A stretch of DNA of 63,812 bases, the filler included, from Dugesia japonica (taxonomy: Eukaryota): the NCBI GenBank assembly GCA_001938525.1. It is 6 parts of 6 records of this genome, joined end to end, with 100 filler letters (N's around TTAATTAATTAA, not from the genome) between each part and the next. Parts side by side here need not be neighbours in the genome. Positions count along the whole stretch, not along the records: positions 19,836 to 32,902 come from MQRL01588076.1; positions 33,003 to 43,683 come from MQRL01615519.1; 4 more parts are not named here. The stretch is one strand, 5' to 3'. Positions 27,046 through 41,109 of the stretch are shown one piece after another (position 1 is the stretch's first letter; the number at the start of each line of letters is the position of its first letter). The notes below the pieces were generated by a model. The model was not told where the DNA came from. It did not search any database and saw nothing but the letters and a program-made list of their open reading frames with translations. The position numbers were made by a program, and so were the translations under genes.

Positions 27046-27678
27046 TAACACTATTTATCTTCATAATCAAGCTCTGCTACAAATGAAAATTATACCAAAA
27101 AAATTTATTATTAAAAATTATACCAAAAAAATTTATTATTAAAAATTATATCAAGAAAATTCATTTTTAAAAATTATACCAAATGACTTATTATAATTAC
27201 TAGTAAAGGTTATTAAAAATAATAAAAAATATTAAAAAATTATAAAAAATATGTGTCGATTTGTCTGTGTCGATTTGTCATGTGTCGAATTGTCTGGTCA
27301 CCAAATTTTTGATATTGTACATTATATTTTAAAATTTTACGGTTAATTTTAAATAACGTTTTAAAATTATTTAATGAATAACTTTTAATTACCTAAATTA
27401 ACCGCGTATAGTTTTCACTCGGTCATATCTTCAAAAATTTTAATTACGTTGATTTTTCATAAAAATTAAAATTTGTATGAAATTAACGGTCATTTAAATA
27501 TTAAATTCATTTCTCTATAACTTGTATGCACTCTAATTATGTTACATATACTTTTTGTACAATATTTTAAATTTCAATGAAAATGCTAAAGATTATTTCT
27601 TTTTAAAAATGATATACTACTTGTATTTATTTGCTAGTATTTATTTAAATATTAGACTTCTACCGACAAATGCATATA

Positions 27679-30600
27679 CGAGGACTGTCTGAAAAGTTTT
27701 TAACCCGACCCATTTCCAAACAAATTTTTGAATTTTTGTCAACAGTTTATTAAAATTCATTCTTAATTTAGTATTAATAAACCGATTATTATATTTTTAT
27801 CATTTAATTAATAGTATTATTTTTTGTTTTAGTAAATAACATCGGATGAATTAAAAAATTTTGAAAAAGTTGAATATTGAGCTGTCATAAAATATCTTTT
27901 TTTTAAAGGACCTAAGCCCAAAAGAAATTTATGAAGACATTAGCAGAACATTAAAGAAAATATGCTCGTTATATGCAACAGTTAAAAATTAGGTATCATC
28001 ATTTGAGAGAGGCAAAAAAAGCATTCAAGATGAGCCAAGGTCCGGACGACCATTTTCTACATCAACTCGGTAGAACATTGAAAAAGTGCACGAAATAATT
28101 CTTGAAAATCTTCGAATTTCAATAAGAATTATTGCTGAGACCCTAAAGCTATGCAAAGAACGTGTTGGTAAAATCATTCACGAAGATTTAGATATGAATA
28201 AGCTTTCTGCAAAATGGATCCCTAAATGACAGAATTCTGATCAGAAGCAAACACAAGTGTAGAGTTCAAAGGTGTTTTTTTCACATTTTGCAAGCGATAA
28301 AAGTAAATTTATTAATCAAATTCTGACCGTCGATAAAGCATGGTTGCATTTCTTTGATCCTGAAATCAAACAACAATCCATGGAGTAGAGGAATTATGGA
28401 TCGCCCTGACCCCAAAAATTCCGAAAACAAAAGTCTGCAGGAAAAGTCTTAGCCACTGTTTTTTGGGATTGAAAAGGCATTGTGGGGATAGACTTTTTAT
28501 AAAAAGCTCAACGATAAATTCGGAATATTCGAAATAGTCAAAGTTAAAGAAAAATTAAAACAAAAACGACCTGGAAAGTTAAGAAATGGTATTCAATTTT
28601 TGCTGAACAATGCACCTACACACCCCGCCTTACAGACATTGAATACAATTCAAGATATTGTTTTCCAAGTTTTAGAACATCCAGCCTATTCTTCTGATTT
28701 GGCTCCGTCCGATTATTTTTTTTTTTTATATTTGAAACAAATGTTGAAAGGAAAGCATTTCAAAACAAACAGTGATGTTATCGAAACTACGAAGGCATGG
28801 TTTAAAGCCCAATCTGCGGACTTTTACTATGAAGGCATAGCTTCATTATAAAAAAAGATGTAATAAGTGTGTTATGATGTTTTAATATTATACATAAAAA
28901 TTTTATTTAATAATAATTGAAGAAATTTCAATTAAAAAAAAAGAAAATAATTAAAGCAATTAATTGTTTTAATATTGCTATTTTGGTAGAATAAATTTTT
29001 CACTAGACTTAATTGTAACTTATTAATACATATTTAAAAATGGAAACTGCAGAAAGTTTAACAGCGGCTAAGATGGCCTTCCACGCAAGTGCGACAAAGG
29101 ACCTNCTCGTACAAGCTTTGAGGCCAAAAACATATCATCAAGGAGATGACGTTGAGAAGTTTATATATATATATCCAATGCCAAACATAGAGAAACTGCT
29201 AGATACATTAAATGGAACCCGTTTTTTCAGCACAATTGACCTAGGCAATGCGTATTATTAAGTTAAATTGGAAGAATAGTCACAGGAAAAAACATCGTTC
29301 TCAACCAAAAAAGGTCAATACTGTTTCACAAGGATGCCGTTCGGAATTGCAGCAGCGNCAGATACATTTCAGGAATTGATGACAAACGTACTGGGGAGCA
29401 CACCTGGAGCTATGGTGTATATGGATGATATTTTAATTTATTCCGATAATGCCACTGACCATTTCAAGACACTGGACACTGTATCAACCCCAAGAAATGC
29501 AGTCTACTGCGGAAAGAGGTAAATTTTCTAGGATATATTTTGGACGAAAATAGCATTGGAACAGATCCTGCAAAAATACAAAGTATACAGAACTTCGAGA
29601 GGCCAAAATGTACAAAACAAGTCAGAAGTTTTCTAGGTATGTGTAACTACTACCTGAAATTCATCAAGGGATATTCTGCTAAAGCCTAAGTATTAGAAGA
29701 ATTATGTGACAGAAACGAAGACAAGCTAATATGGACACCGATATGCAACTAGGCATTTCAAGAATTGAAACAGGCTTTAATAAAAACACCGTGCTGGCTT
29801 TTCCAGATAGAAATAAAGATTTCATATTAGACACTGATGCAAGTTTTAACAGCATCGGGGCTGTGCTATCACAACTGGATGAGAACGGTAGAGAAAGAGT
29901 GATCGCGTACAGAAAAGGAGAAGCACATTCCAATGCAGATATGTTATCCAGAATGCAGTGCAAAACTTGTGTACAATGTGAAATGCAGCATAAAGAAGCA
30001 AATACAGGTAAGATTAAAACACGAAATCTATGTACGATGATAACGGATACGGAGTTCAAATGGCAGAAGGATAATGTTGAAATAAAGAATATAATAAGGA
30101 ACATCAACGAAGGTGGAAATTCAGAATATTTAATAAAAAAAAGGGATAGTCAGAACAAAAAGCAACAAAATATGGATTCCAAAAGAGAAACGATCAGAAT
30201 GGATAAAAGAAATTTACACCATACTAATACAAGCGGGTCAAGAAAAGATGTTACATTATATTACAAGAGGATATGATATGCTGAATATGCACGAAATAGT
30301 AACAGAGACAACACGGACATACGAAGATTACCAAACGAATAAAATGTACACATCAATAACAAAAGAGGAGAAAATAACACTGCAAGCTTATCCTGTATTT
30401 GAAAAGATCTATATCGATGTATGTGGACCGTTCAAAGAGACACATTGAAGAAAGAAATACATTCTAGCCTTAATAGATAACTATTGTAAATATATCATTG
30501 TTGGCCATAGGAAGACAGGATGAGGAAACCATATGCAGGATAATCATGGAAAAATGAATATTACGGTTTGTAGCACTAAAAGAGATACATACGGATTGCG

Positions 30601-31412
30601 GAAAGACTTTCAAATCAAAGGCGTTCAAGGATATGGCATACAGAATGGACATAGAGCTATGTTACTCGAGCCCATACCACCACGGGACAAATGGCTTGGT
30701 TGAGAGACAGTCCAGAACCATCAGGGACTGCATAAATGCATCTGGAAAAGCTAATTGGGACGAAAAGATTCCAGAATTAGAGTTCATGATGAATGTCACA
30801 TATCAAAGACGATTAAAACTAGATTCGAAGAGAAAAATGGACTGATCATGAAGACGTAGAAGAAAAATTGATCAGTGGAGAATTATACCTAACCCACAGA
30901 GCTTTAAAAATTAATCAGAAAGTATTGGTGAAAAACGAAGTACGGTCAAAGGACAAGGTGAGATACGATGGCCTATACGAGATAAAGGAAACGATTCATG
31001 AAAGAAGGTACAAGCTAGAAGACAAGCAAGGAAGAGTAATATACATAAATGTGGAAAAGTTGAAATTTCTTAAAGAAAGGGGATGTTAGGATGTTTTAAT
31101 ATTATACATAAAAATTTTATGAAAAGTTTCATAAAATTTTATTTAATAATAATTGAAGAAATTTNNNNNNNNNNNNNNNNNNNNNNNNNNNNNNNNNNNN
31201 NNNNNNNNNNNNNNNNNNNTTAGAATAAATTTTTCACTAGACTTAATTGTAACTTATTAATAAATATTTATAGATGGAAACTGCAGAAAGTATGGCAGCG
31301 GCTAACAAAGTGTATTAATTGTTTGGGAGAATATATTGAATAAAAATACTGGTTTTCTATTTTTTGAAATATTTTGTATGGGTTACGCTAAAAACCTTTC
31401 AGACCATTCTAA
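27679..31412 (+). mobile_element. mariner (irritans-like), split by the gypsy insertion at 28870-31307
   Basis: TIRs CGAGGACTGTCTGAAAAGTTTT / AAAACCTTTCAGACCATTCT; AVIKYLF, ILTVDKAW, HPAYSSDLAPSDYFFF; the C-terminus resumes after 31312 (GEYIE*). Confidence 0.85.
28870..31307 (+). mobile_element. Ty3/gypsy LTR retrotransposon, internally deleted; LTRs 28870-29073 and 31084-31307
   Basis: TG...CA ends, 5-bp TSD AAGTG, PPT AAAGAAAGGGGA. RT (FSTIDLGNAYY, MPFG, VYMDDILI), RNase H (ILDTDASFNSIGAVLSQ) and integrase (SPYHHGTNGLVER) in gypsy order. Confidence 0.95.
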
Positions 31413-31586
31413 TACATACCGACGTAGGAAACTATTATGAATTTTTAAATTTAAATTATTACGTACTATAAAGTGTTTCAGTCAAATTCACAGACTTGGG
31501 AAATTATATATTAAATTAGGGTATCATCCGTTAAAAACGACAGTTTGTAAGTGACATTTTAGTAGTTCAAAAATTCCATATATATA

Positions 31587-32800
31587 CAGGGTGTCCCAAT
31601 TATCTATCAACAACTTTGGTAGGTCTTGGAAATCATAATATTTGCTAAAATACCACCAAATCTTTGCAGTAGCAAGAAGAAACAAGTAAGTCTTAATTGT
31701 TTATTTTCCATATCAACAACATAAATATTCCAAATATTCCATAATACTTTTCTCTAAAGTTTATGTAGTAATCTCACTGAAAGCCTCGATTATTCGATCC
31801 TTCAGATTTTGTATATTTGCTGATGTAAGCCTTGGATTTAATATATCCCCAAACAAAGAAATCGCATAATGTTAAATCCGGGAATCGCGGTGGCCAATGC
31901 ATGTTTGGAGAATCTCTGCCAATCGAACGATTTGGGAATTTTTTATTTAGCCATTCACGCACTTTTTCCCTCCAATGATGAGGTGCTCTATCTTGCATGA
32001 AAATGATTGTCATTTATGCCACGAGCTTCCAAATTCGGATAAATTTGGTTTTAAGCATTTATAAATAACGAACACTGTCAATCGTTTTTTCGAAGAAAAA
32101 TGGCCCATTGACGCCAAATTGTGCAATCGCACATCAAACAGTAATTTTCGGGGAGTGTAAACCTTGTTTTACATATCAATAAGGATTTTGCGGTGACTAA
32201 TAACGAAGATTATAGCGATTCACGCAACTATCCAAGTAAAAGTGTGCTTCATCGGAAAATAACAAATTTTCAATATGATGTGGATTATCTTCCATTCTTT
32301 GGAGTTCGTCCAGGGCATATTGCTGGCGTTTCACTTTATTTTGTTTCATTGACAATTTTGAATTTTGTAAGGATGTCATTTCAAACCTTCTAGTATTTTG
32401 GAAATTGTGGTACAACTAAGCATCAGATTGTTTGATGCACCACAGATTGATGAATGTGAAATTCCTGTGAAATGTTCAACCTGGATAACGTTTTCTTCAG
32501 TTCGTACTATTCAACGACGCTTCGTCTGAATATTCTTCACACTACCACTTTCAATTAAAGCGGTGCGCCTTTTATAAATGCTGTCTCTTGTTGGTGCCTT
32601 TCATCCAAATTCATGAAATTTTCGTTGCAACATTGTGACACTTTTTGTCCATTCATACCAAGCTGAAACCTTTGCGCATTCTTGAATACAGTACTCCATA
32701 TTTGTAAGCTGGTATTAGACACCATTAATAATAAATAATTTAAGCTAAAATTACTTACTACTTTCAATTCATTTCATACACGTGATGAAAATTTAAAATT
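31587..32800 (-). mobile_element. Tc1/mariner DD41D (rosa-like) element, decayed
   Basis: TA-CAGGGTGTCCCA TIR; LFSDEAHF, FMQDRAPHH, WPPRFPDLTLCDFFVWGYIK. Confidence 0.85.
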
Positions 32801-33002
32801 GCAGTGTAATAATTAAACAAATAATGTTAATTATAAATTAATAAAGATTTCGATTGCATGTAAATCAATGCTCTGTTTAACTGTAAACTTGGGGGGGGGG
32901 TANNNNNNNNNNNNNNNNNNNNNNNNNNNNNNNNNNNNNNNNNNNNTTAATTAATTAANNNNNNNNNNNNNNNNNNNNNNNNNNNNNNNNNNNNNNNNNN
33001 NN

Positions 33003-34470
33003 CAAACTAATGTCTCAATGTACAATAGATGGTGACAATTTACACATAATTGGTAACAATTTGCTTATATGTGACTCCAATTTATTCATAGTGGTTATAA
33101 TTTACTCCTAACTTTCAATAATGTTTACATAGTTTGCTAAATTGTACACATAGGTGGTGATAATTGGCTCATAGATGTCAGTAAATCACACATCGATGAT
33201 CGTAATTCATACATAAGTGATTGTGATTTGTAGATAGGTGATGAGAATTTGCTTGTATGTGACTATAATCTATTCATGGTTTAATAAAATTAGTGTATAG
33301 TTGATTAGATTTGATGCATATTCAATTGATAAGTTAGTAATAAGTCAAACAACTTACTTGAACATTTTTTTATGATCAGGTAATATGTATGGTGGTCATT
33401 GACTTTACTATATTGCAATGATTTTATTGTAACAAATCGGCTTTACTATGACCATTGGTTTCTCTGTTACACATTAGTTTACTGTATTACTTGGGATTTA
33501 CTTTATCACATTCGCTTACTGTACTAATATCCTTACTCTATTCATTGGTTTTACTGTATTTCATTGGTTTCACTCTTTAATATTAGGTTACTATACTTAT
33601 TTGCTTACTCTATCCATTAGCATTGTATATACAGACGCATATAGACTTTGCTGTGCTCATTGATTAATGAATTAATTTACGGTATTTACTTTGAAGAGAG
33701 TTTTATATAACTATGTAATTTGATTACCTGTATCATTAGTTGTAAGATGAAATGGATTATGACTATAGAATAATGTTAACCATCAGTAAACATTACGAGC
33801 AATTACAAACAAATTTGGAGAAATAAAATTTTAATAATAAAATCAGAAATAATACATTAATATCAAAAACAAAGAAATCAAATAATTAGTTAATACCGAA
33901 ATATAGAAAACATTATCTAAAGGCCATAGCTGTGGATAGAGATGTCCAAATAAGATGAAATAAGAAAAAATTAACAAAATTATACCGAAATTAGTGCAGA
34001 GGAATGAAAGAAATTAGGTTGAACTTATTGCAGATTGCACAAAAGAAATTAGGCTGAAAGTATCACAGTTTTGATGGAATAAATCAAACCGAAATTACCA
34101 CAGATTTATAAAAGGAAACAATGTGGAAATTATCACGGATTGAATGAAGGAGATCAGGCAAAAATTAGAACAGACTAAAAGAAAAATATTAGGCCAAAAT
34201 TAGAACAAATTAATGAAAGAAAGAGAAAGTATGCTGAAACTATCAAATTACAGTTAAATGAAATGAATTTTGTTGAATTCAACACAGTAGGGTGTGAGTA
34301 AATCAAGCGGAATTTTATCAAAGTCGAATACGCAAGAAAATACATTAGGTTTACCACGGTCTATTGAAGAGGAATGGCTTTGATGTCATTTCTAATTCAA
34401 AAAGAAATCGTGCGGACTTCGTAAATGACGAGTGAAATTATCATCACTAACAAGAAAGAAAAAAATTATA
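33003..34470. repeat. Series of degenerate minisatellite arrays (~21, ~19 and ~35 bp units)
   Basis: Recurring CATAGxTGGTGAxAATTT, CATTGGTTTACTxTA and GAAAGAAATTAGGCxGAAATTAxCACAGAT motifs. Confidence 0.55.
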
Positions 34471-35849
34471 ATGCCCTATTAAATGAAAACGTAATTTTTA
34501 CCGACGGCTTGAAAAGGAAACGCTCATTTGTATGATCACGGGAGTTTGATCAAGTTAATTATTGTGTACCTTAAATAGAATATGAAAGAAATTTGGTTTC
34601 CCTTTATTTCCACCTTTTATTTTTTATTATTATTATATTTTTAGGGCGGTTTGTGGTTTATGGCAATTTATTGAGAATTAGAATATATAATTGCATTGAC
34701 TTAACTTCAATTTTCCAATTTTCTTTTATTTATTTTTCTTGTTTTTAATAATAATAAAAAAAGTACCCAGTAGAAGCTCATGAACTTAGGTTAATTATGG
34801 AGAATTTAGAAATAATAATCACAATAATTAGCGATAAGAGATTTGATAATAACCAAAAAACCTTTGATTGAAATTTGACTTTCGTTAAGTTCGAAATAAA
34901 AGTACTAAATTGTAGAGTAAAGTTGATGGAGAATTCTGGCAAAAGCTTCGCAGTAGTGCAGACTAAGAAAGATACTGGTATTAATGGTCATCTTCCCTGA
35001 TCTGAGCTTCAGGAGTGGTGAAGAAGCTATACTAGGCCGTAGGTAAAAAAATCATTCTTTCATTTTTTTTCGCATGATAAAACGTTGATCTTGTTTAACA
35101 TTAATGCATATTAACTATTGCTTGATGAATAATTCTAATCGAAATAATGAGAAACTTCCATTCTAAATGTGGTTATATATTGATGAACAAGGTCGATTTT
35201 ATATCGAGTGGAGCGAAGTCCAGAAAATGATTGTCAATTCTAAGTCACAAGCTGAAGAAGAAATACATGACTTAAGGGCCGATTTAAAGATAACAAAGCT
35301 GCAGTTGGTCATAAAAGAAAGCATTTGCAGGTACTGGAAATGCAAAGAGAAATTCACGCGGGTACAGCTAAAGAACTCTCTATGAAATAACACGTTACAA
35401 GCATCAAAATTTCAAACATCCGAACACTGTAGGACGAGCTTGCAGAACAGGAGGAATACGAAGAGGAAATAAAGGTTCTAAGAGATTTGATGGATTTGAG
35501 CAGTGTCATCAAAGGAACCAGCTTTTATTAATAGTTAATAAAGGAATACTGGCATTGTCTTAATTGTTTCAATTAGATTGACAGTGATATATACATCACA
35601 ATGATATATTTATTTTTGTAGTTTGTTTTCTTTTTATCCATTTCACAATGATAATCTCCAGTGGCAGCAATAAAAAATTAAGGAAGTTTTCTAAATTGAT
35701 AATAATTTCTCGATGATGATGAGATCGGTCGTAATAAAATTATAATTAACATAATAATTCAACAATAATTGTTTTCTAATTAATGTGACTTAATAATATC
35801 AATCATTAAATACTTACTTTAATTAATTTAGTCTCAAATCAAAAAGAAA

Positions 35850-37370
35850 CCTCAGTTATACATAAATATGTGTTGATGAGGATGAAGAAATGTAATGATG
35901 AAAATCGGAAATTTAGGGCCCGAGATTTTGCAGCTTAAGTGCATGATTACGAAATCCGAACCTCGAAGGACTAGACATAAAGAAAGAGAATTGGCACTGC
36001 AACAGGCGAACTGTTTGATGGTTGAGTTGATCCTAGGGTACGCGAAGAGAGAAACTGCCAATTTCGCTACTCTCCGTACCTTATGGAAAGCTTATCAGCC
36101 TGAAAACGAAGACACGTCGGATAACAAGCAAGTGGTAGACTTAGATGAATAAAAGAAGGAAGGTTGAGAGAAATTATATGGGTAGAGTGACCTGTCGTAT
36201 ATTGAATACATGTGGAGTCTGTATCTGTTGAAGTCGGTTTTACTACGATTATGTGTGGTCAGAAATCAATTGAAAATTGATTACTGAGCAAAATTGATTG
36301 CCAATCACGGAGCATAATCGTGAGCGAGAGTGTAAGACGCTATACCCCAAAATCACGCTGGATCCAGGAAGAGAGTGGCATGACACAGATATGTCACAAA
36401 TACTTGTTGATTCTAGGTATATTCCTAGACTAGTGAAATAACTGCAAATTTGAAAGAAATATGATTGGAATAGTAAGATTAAATAAAACATACAGAATTC
36501 CGACATACATATTAAGTATATATGTATTGGTCAGATAGTAGTAATGCTAAAATTATGAGCATTCAGGAAGAATTAAGCGAACAGAAAAAGTAAGATGGGA
36601 ATATAACAGCGTATTATGTTTTAATGAAAAAGAACGAGAACTACTGGTTTTCATTGAATTTATTTCATCAATGGAGTTTGAGTGAAGAAATGCGACACTA
36701 ATCAAAATGATAATGAAAGAAGAGAGATGTTTGAGAAGGAAGATTGTTAATAGTAGAATAGAGTGAATATTAATGAAGTTGTCTAGAATTGTTGTGGGAT
36801 TCAAAACGGTATTTGATAAAATTGGAAACCTTTATTATCACTATGTAATATCAAATTAAAAGAAGAGTTTACAAATAGTTAAGAAAAACTGTTAGGTACT
36901 GTGAGACTGAATGCTCACTCAGATAAAGAGAGAAGGGATTTTCCTTTAAATAATTTCAGAGATAACAGCAATAAAAGTTTATTTCACCTGATTCAGAAAT
37001 TCGGTGGTATATTTATGGCATTGAATTTCGATATGAGGCACACAAGAAAATAGCGCATGAAATAAGAATCGTTGGTGACCCAAATTGTTGAACACATTTG
37101 GCGATAACCAATTCATTTAGGCAGGAAAATTGAAGACTTGATAAATAATCTAGTTAACATTTGAATGATTAGCAAGTGTTAAACGTAGGGTTGAATAAGG
37201 ATGTTTGTAGATTAGAGACAATTAAACATGAGTACAGAAAAAGTATCTTTTCCAATGCAGGACATCCAGTTTTTGTTGAATTGCCTATCGGAAACATTAT
37301 GGGATACCAATGAATTTAGTACAAAATAAGGTCTCTTCGGTTTCAAAAGGTTGTCGTATAAATAAGTTGA
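35850..37370 (+). mobile_element. Highly decayed gypsy gag-pol remnant
   Basis: HEIRIVGDP and MFVD*RQLNMSTEKVSFPMQDIQFLLNCLS (RT N-terminal CVDYRxLN..FP pattern). Confidence 0.5.
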
Positions 37371-39059
37371 TTATGTCATGGTTTCAGAAATTAAATTTTA
37401 AAAATCTAGACTTTTTAATAACAACTATTATAAATATAACTATTTTAGATAATAAGTCAACTTATTTTTAATTATTTCATAGATAAAATGCAAAAGTAAT
37501 AAGTCCATATTTATCATTATCAACCATTATTAATATTTTAATAGTGTATTTTAAACCTGTATGCTTTAAATATCTAGGTCTAGATAAAATGGGTTAACCA
37601 TGTAAACGATTATTAATATCTTCTACTCTAAGAAACTTCTTATACAGAATCCTATAAATGCTTCTTTTGCTTCAAGTAAATTACTATTATTTATATATGT
37701 TTAGGAGCATCATAATAATCACATATAAAATTATTCTTATGTGATTTTTCTGTAAGATTAAATTCCGTATTATATTTAAGAATTTGTTTTTAATTTAATT
37801 GTCATTATACGCTGGCTCATATAACCAATATCTACAAATGTTGAGTCTTAAATAATTAAATTAATTTTATTTATTCTATTTTAAATTCTAAACATGCTTT
37901 ATTATTTACTATGGCTAAATTATATGGTGAAATTATATATTTACATACTGTACTTTTATATCTATTATAATGATATAATTCTATTATAGATGTGATATTA
38001 TTATAATCATTAATTTTCTCTACTAGTGATTGAAATAAATAAATCTTAATAAATTAATAGGTAAAATATAATTGTAGTGAGTTAAAGTATTATTTAAAGA
38101 TTAAATTTTATATTTTAGATAAAATTTAAGTTGGATTTATTATGTAATTATTCATTATCTTTTTTAAAAATTGTAATGAAAAATACGGGCTTTAAAACAT
38201 AATTTTGAAAAAATTTAAAGATTTTTAAAAATATCATACTAGCGGTAACAAATTATTAATTACATAAAAAGAATAATATTTCTATAAAATTGTAATAGTT
38301 TTACCATGACTACATAAATACAAAATGACTACACGAGACTAATCCCGGTGTGGCCCATATTTTTTGTTTAAATAATATTTATTATTTTTTAAATTTTTTA
38401 AAAATTAAATTTTAAATTACATGTAAAACCTCAAATACTATTAAAAATCACCTAAATAAAAGTGGTCATATTCTATGAAATTTCCGTAAAAGTGACATTT
38501 TTGAGGACCTGATATTTGAAAAATAATTGGTGGTACAAACGCGCTTAACTTGTTTAATATATAATGTACGTAATAAACAAAAAGATGTTTAATGAAGAAA
38601 TGTTTTATGGATCACCAAGATTTTAGGCTGATAAATTACCATTATCAAAACTTGAACTTCAAATTTCAAAACATCTTAGATCTGAATTCATATGATATCC
38701 ATTTTACTGAATTATTAAGGACATTACTAAACAAATGATGAACCCAATTTAAAAAATCCCGTTAAGAAAAAACTATAAATTTTTGGACACATATTTTTTA
38801 TTTTACAAATAATTTTTAATTGTAATATTGAAGTTTTTTTTGTATTTAATAAATTTATTAATAGTAAAGAATTTAAAAATTAATGTGTTTAGTTATTAAT
38901 TAATTATAGCAATAAAAATAAATTTCAATTGAAGTTTATGTTGAAAATTTTGTGGCTCTACAGTATTTGAAGATTTTCAAAAATGGCTTCCCATACATGA
39001 CCCTTTGAGCACCCCTGAAAAATCTTTTCGTTACTGCATTCAATTGTTAGAAATAGAAT

Positions 39060-40560
39060 TGTTTTTTGATGTTTATATTTTCTTTTGTCAAACAAATATT
39101 AGTTGAATATTCCAAGGAGAGTCGAATTTTCAAATAATATTATAGTCATAAAGGTTTTGGATAGTTTCTTTAATTTCAGCTTCCGAGTTCATAGGTTAAC
39201 ATTACTATTTTATGTGGATTGGTTCCCCACTTGTGATTATTTTGTGTTTTGTTAGATGGGCGTATCTTACATTCTATTTATCTTTCATGAAAACTTATTC
39301 CTCGATTATCTTCATTACCTTTTGTTCTTCTTTAATTTTAAAAGTATTTTTGGGTTTTAATAGTCGTTCACCCATTTTTGATTTGATTCCTATATTTTAC
39401 TTAAAAATCTCGAATGTAGTTTTAAACTTTTTTCTCAGTCTTGGTTACTGCAATTTTTTTTATCAGTTTTATCCAAATATTCTCTACAAATCGATTCCAT
39501 CTATCAGTTTTATTATACTCTCTACTACTATGAAAATAACTTTTTTCCAAACTTCCCCAATTGTCACTATTGGTTTTACTTTAAAAGCAATTTCCAGTGT
39601 GCTATCATTGACACATCGCAGTTTTTCATCGATCATTTCTCGGTGAACTTAATGTAATGTATTAAAAAAACTCAAACTCATAATATCTATCGTAACACTT
39701 GATCTATCTTGCAATTTGGATTATGAATTATTCATTTCTGCTCCACTTCAATCATTCCAACCCACTTTGTTCTACTTCTATCAATCCGGTTTTATTTTTT
39801 CAAAATGTTTATACTTACTCCCAACCTTCAGCTTTTTGAATATAAATAATCTATTAATTTGTCGATTGATGGCTACGACCAACTATTCAATCTATTGACG
39901 GAGCCCTGTGGTTTGGATACTACCTTTTAAAATCTTTACTATGTACTTCTATATATACATCGCTTGTATTTGCTTCTTCATATTCAAAGACATCTATTCG
40001 ATTATATCGGTTTCTTGAACCTCCAACAATAACAAATTTCTTAGTGAGTTTTTTTATTTTTCAAATTAATGCAACAATTTTCTGTTTATTTCTACCATTT
40101 CATATCCTTTACACCCGATGTTTTGGCATAATCTTCCTACGTGGGTAACTTTTCCACAAATGACATGTTTTATTGGTTTCTTTTCTGGGCAAACTCGACT
40201 TATGTGGATTTTTTATAAAGGCCAAAATTCAACATTAACTCTGAGGAAATACATGTGGAAACTAATAGCGAAGGCTATCAAAATATTGTGATGGGTTGAT
40301 TCCAACATGGATTAAATTTTTACGCGAGGTTTAAGAGAATAAATCAATATTCAATCCTCGAAATACTAACAAATATCACAATTCTTAAATTGGAGACAAA
40401 ATGAGAAAGACCGTTCATATTTTATTACCAAATTGTTTCCATTTCTTTTCTTTATGAAACAAATATCTCATTCATTCTCGAAATCAATACTAATCCGCAT
40501 TTCTAGATGAAAAGATTTTCATCAAAAGCAATTCAATCTAAAATAACTATTTGAATTGTC
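39060..40560 (-). mobile_element. Decayed gypsy gag-pro-RT-start remnant
   Basis: Knuckle-like VICGKVTHVGRLC near 40120-40170; DSPWN RT-start motif near 39110. Confidence 0.5.
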
Positions 40561-41109
40561 AATAACAGCCACATTGTTATTTTCTGACTTCAGTTTCGGC
40601 AAATTAATCACTTAATTCATCAATTAGTCACTATTATAAAAATTCTTTAGTTAAATTACCAATACATTACATCTTTACATTTTCGAACAGTAAGTCTTGT
40701 GATAAGATCCTTGACAAATCCCTGAGAAAATAATTTCTTCACTGAGAAGTTTATTTGCTTGAAATTTTCTCGTTCCCATAGCATTTTAAAATCTGATAAA
40801 TCATTCTTTTTCCATTTTCATTAATGATAAGAATTTTGCTTAACTTAAAATATGCAAAATTTCTAACTCTTAAGATCGAAAATTATACTTTCATTAATAA
40901 TTTGATAATTAACACTATACAATATTATAATATTAATACAATGCAATGTAATACTATACAATACAATAAGTTTTTTAATCGCAATTATTGCGAGAATAAT
41001 TGTTTTGGACGTAACCACTAAAAAAGTCAATTCCTGACGAAGACAAAGTCGAAATAAAGAATTTTTACCAAAACCCAAAAAAAATGTTGACCGAAGCTTT
41101 TATTTTAAA

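Larger units (their letters stand above)
23771..27302 (-). mobile_element. Mutator-like (MULE) element with long TIRs containing tandem subrepeats; transposase 3' part at ~24620-25110
   Basis: 23771-~23950 is an inverted repeat of ~27085-27265. Minus-strand LKSLAALAFVPIDDVRNIFDQL...YFFSTYI...CEGFHNVLN is typical of a MULE C-terminus. Confidence 0.75.

Noticed and set aside
39212-39898. Hydrophobic plus-strand ORFs as membrane proteins
   Set aside because: Antisense shadow of an A-rich gypsy remnant on the minus strand.
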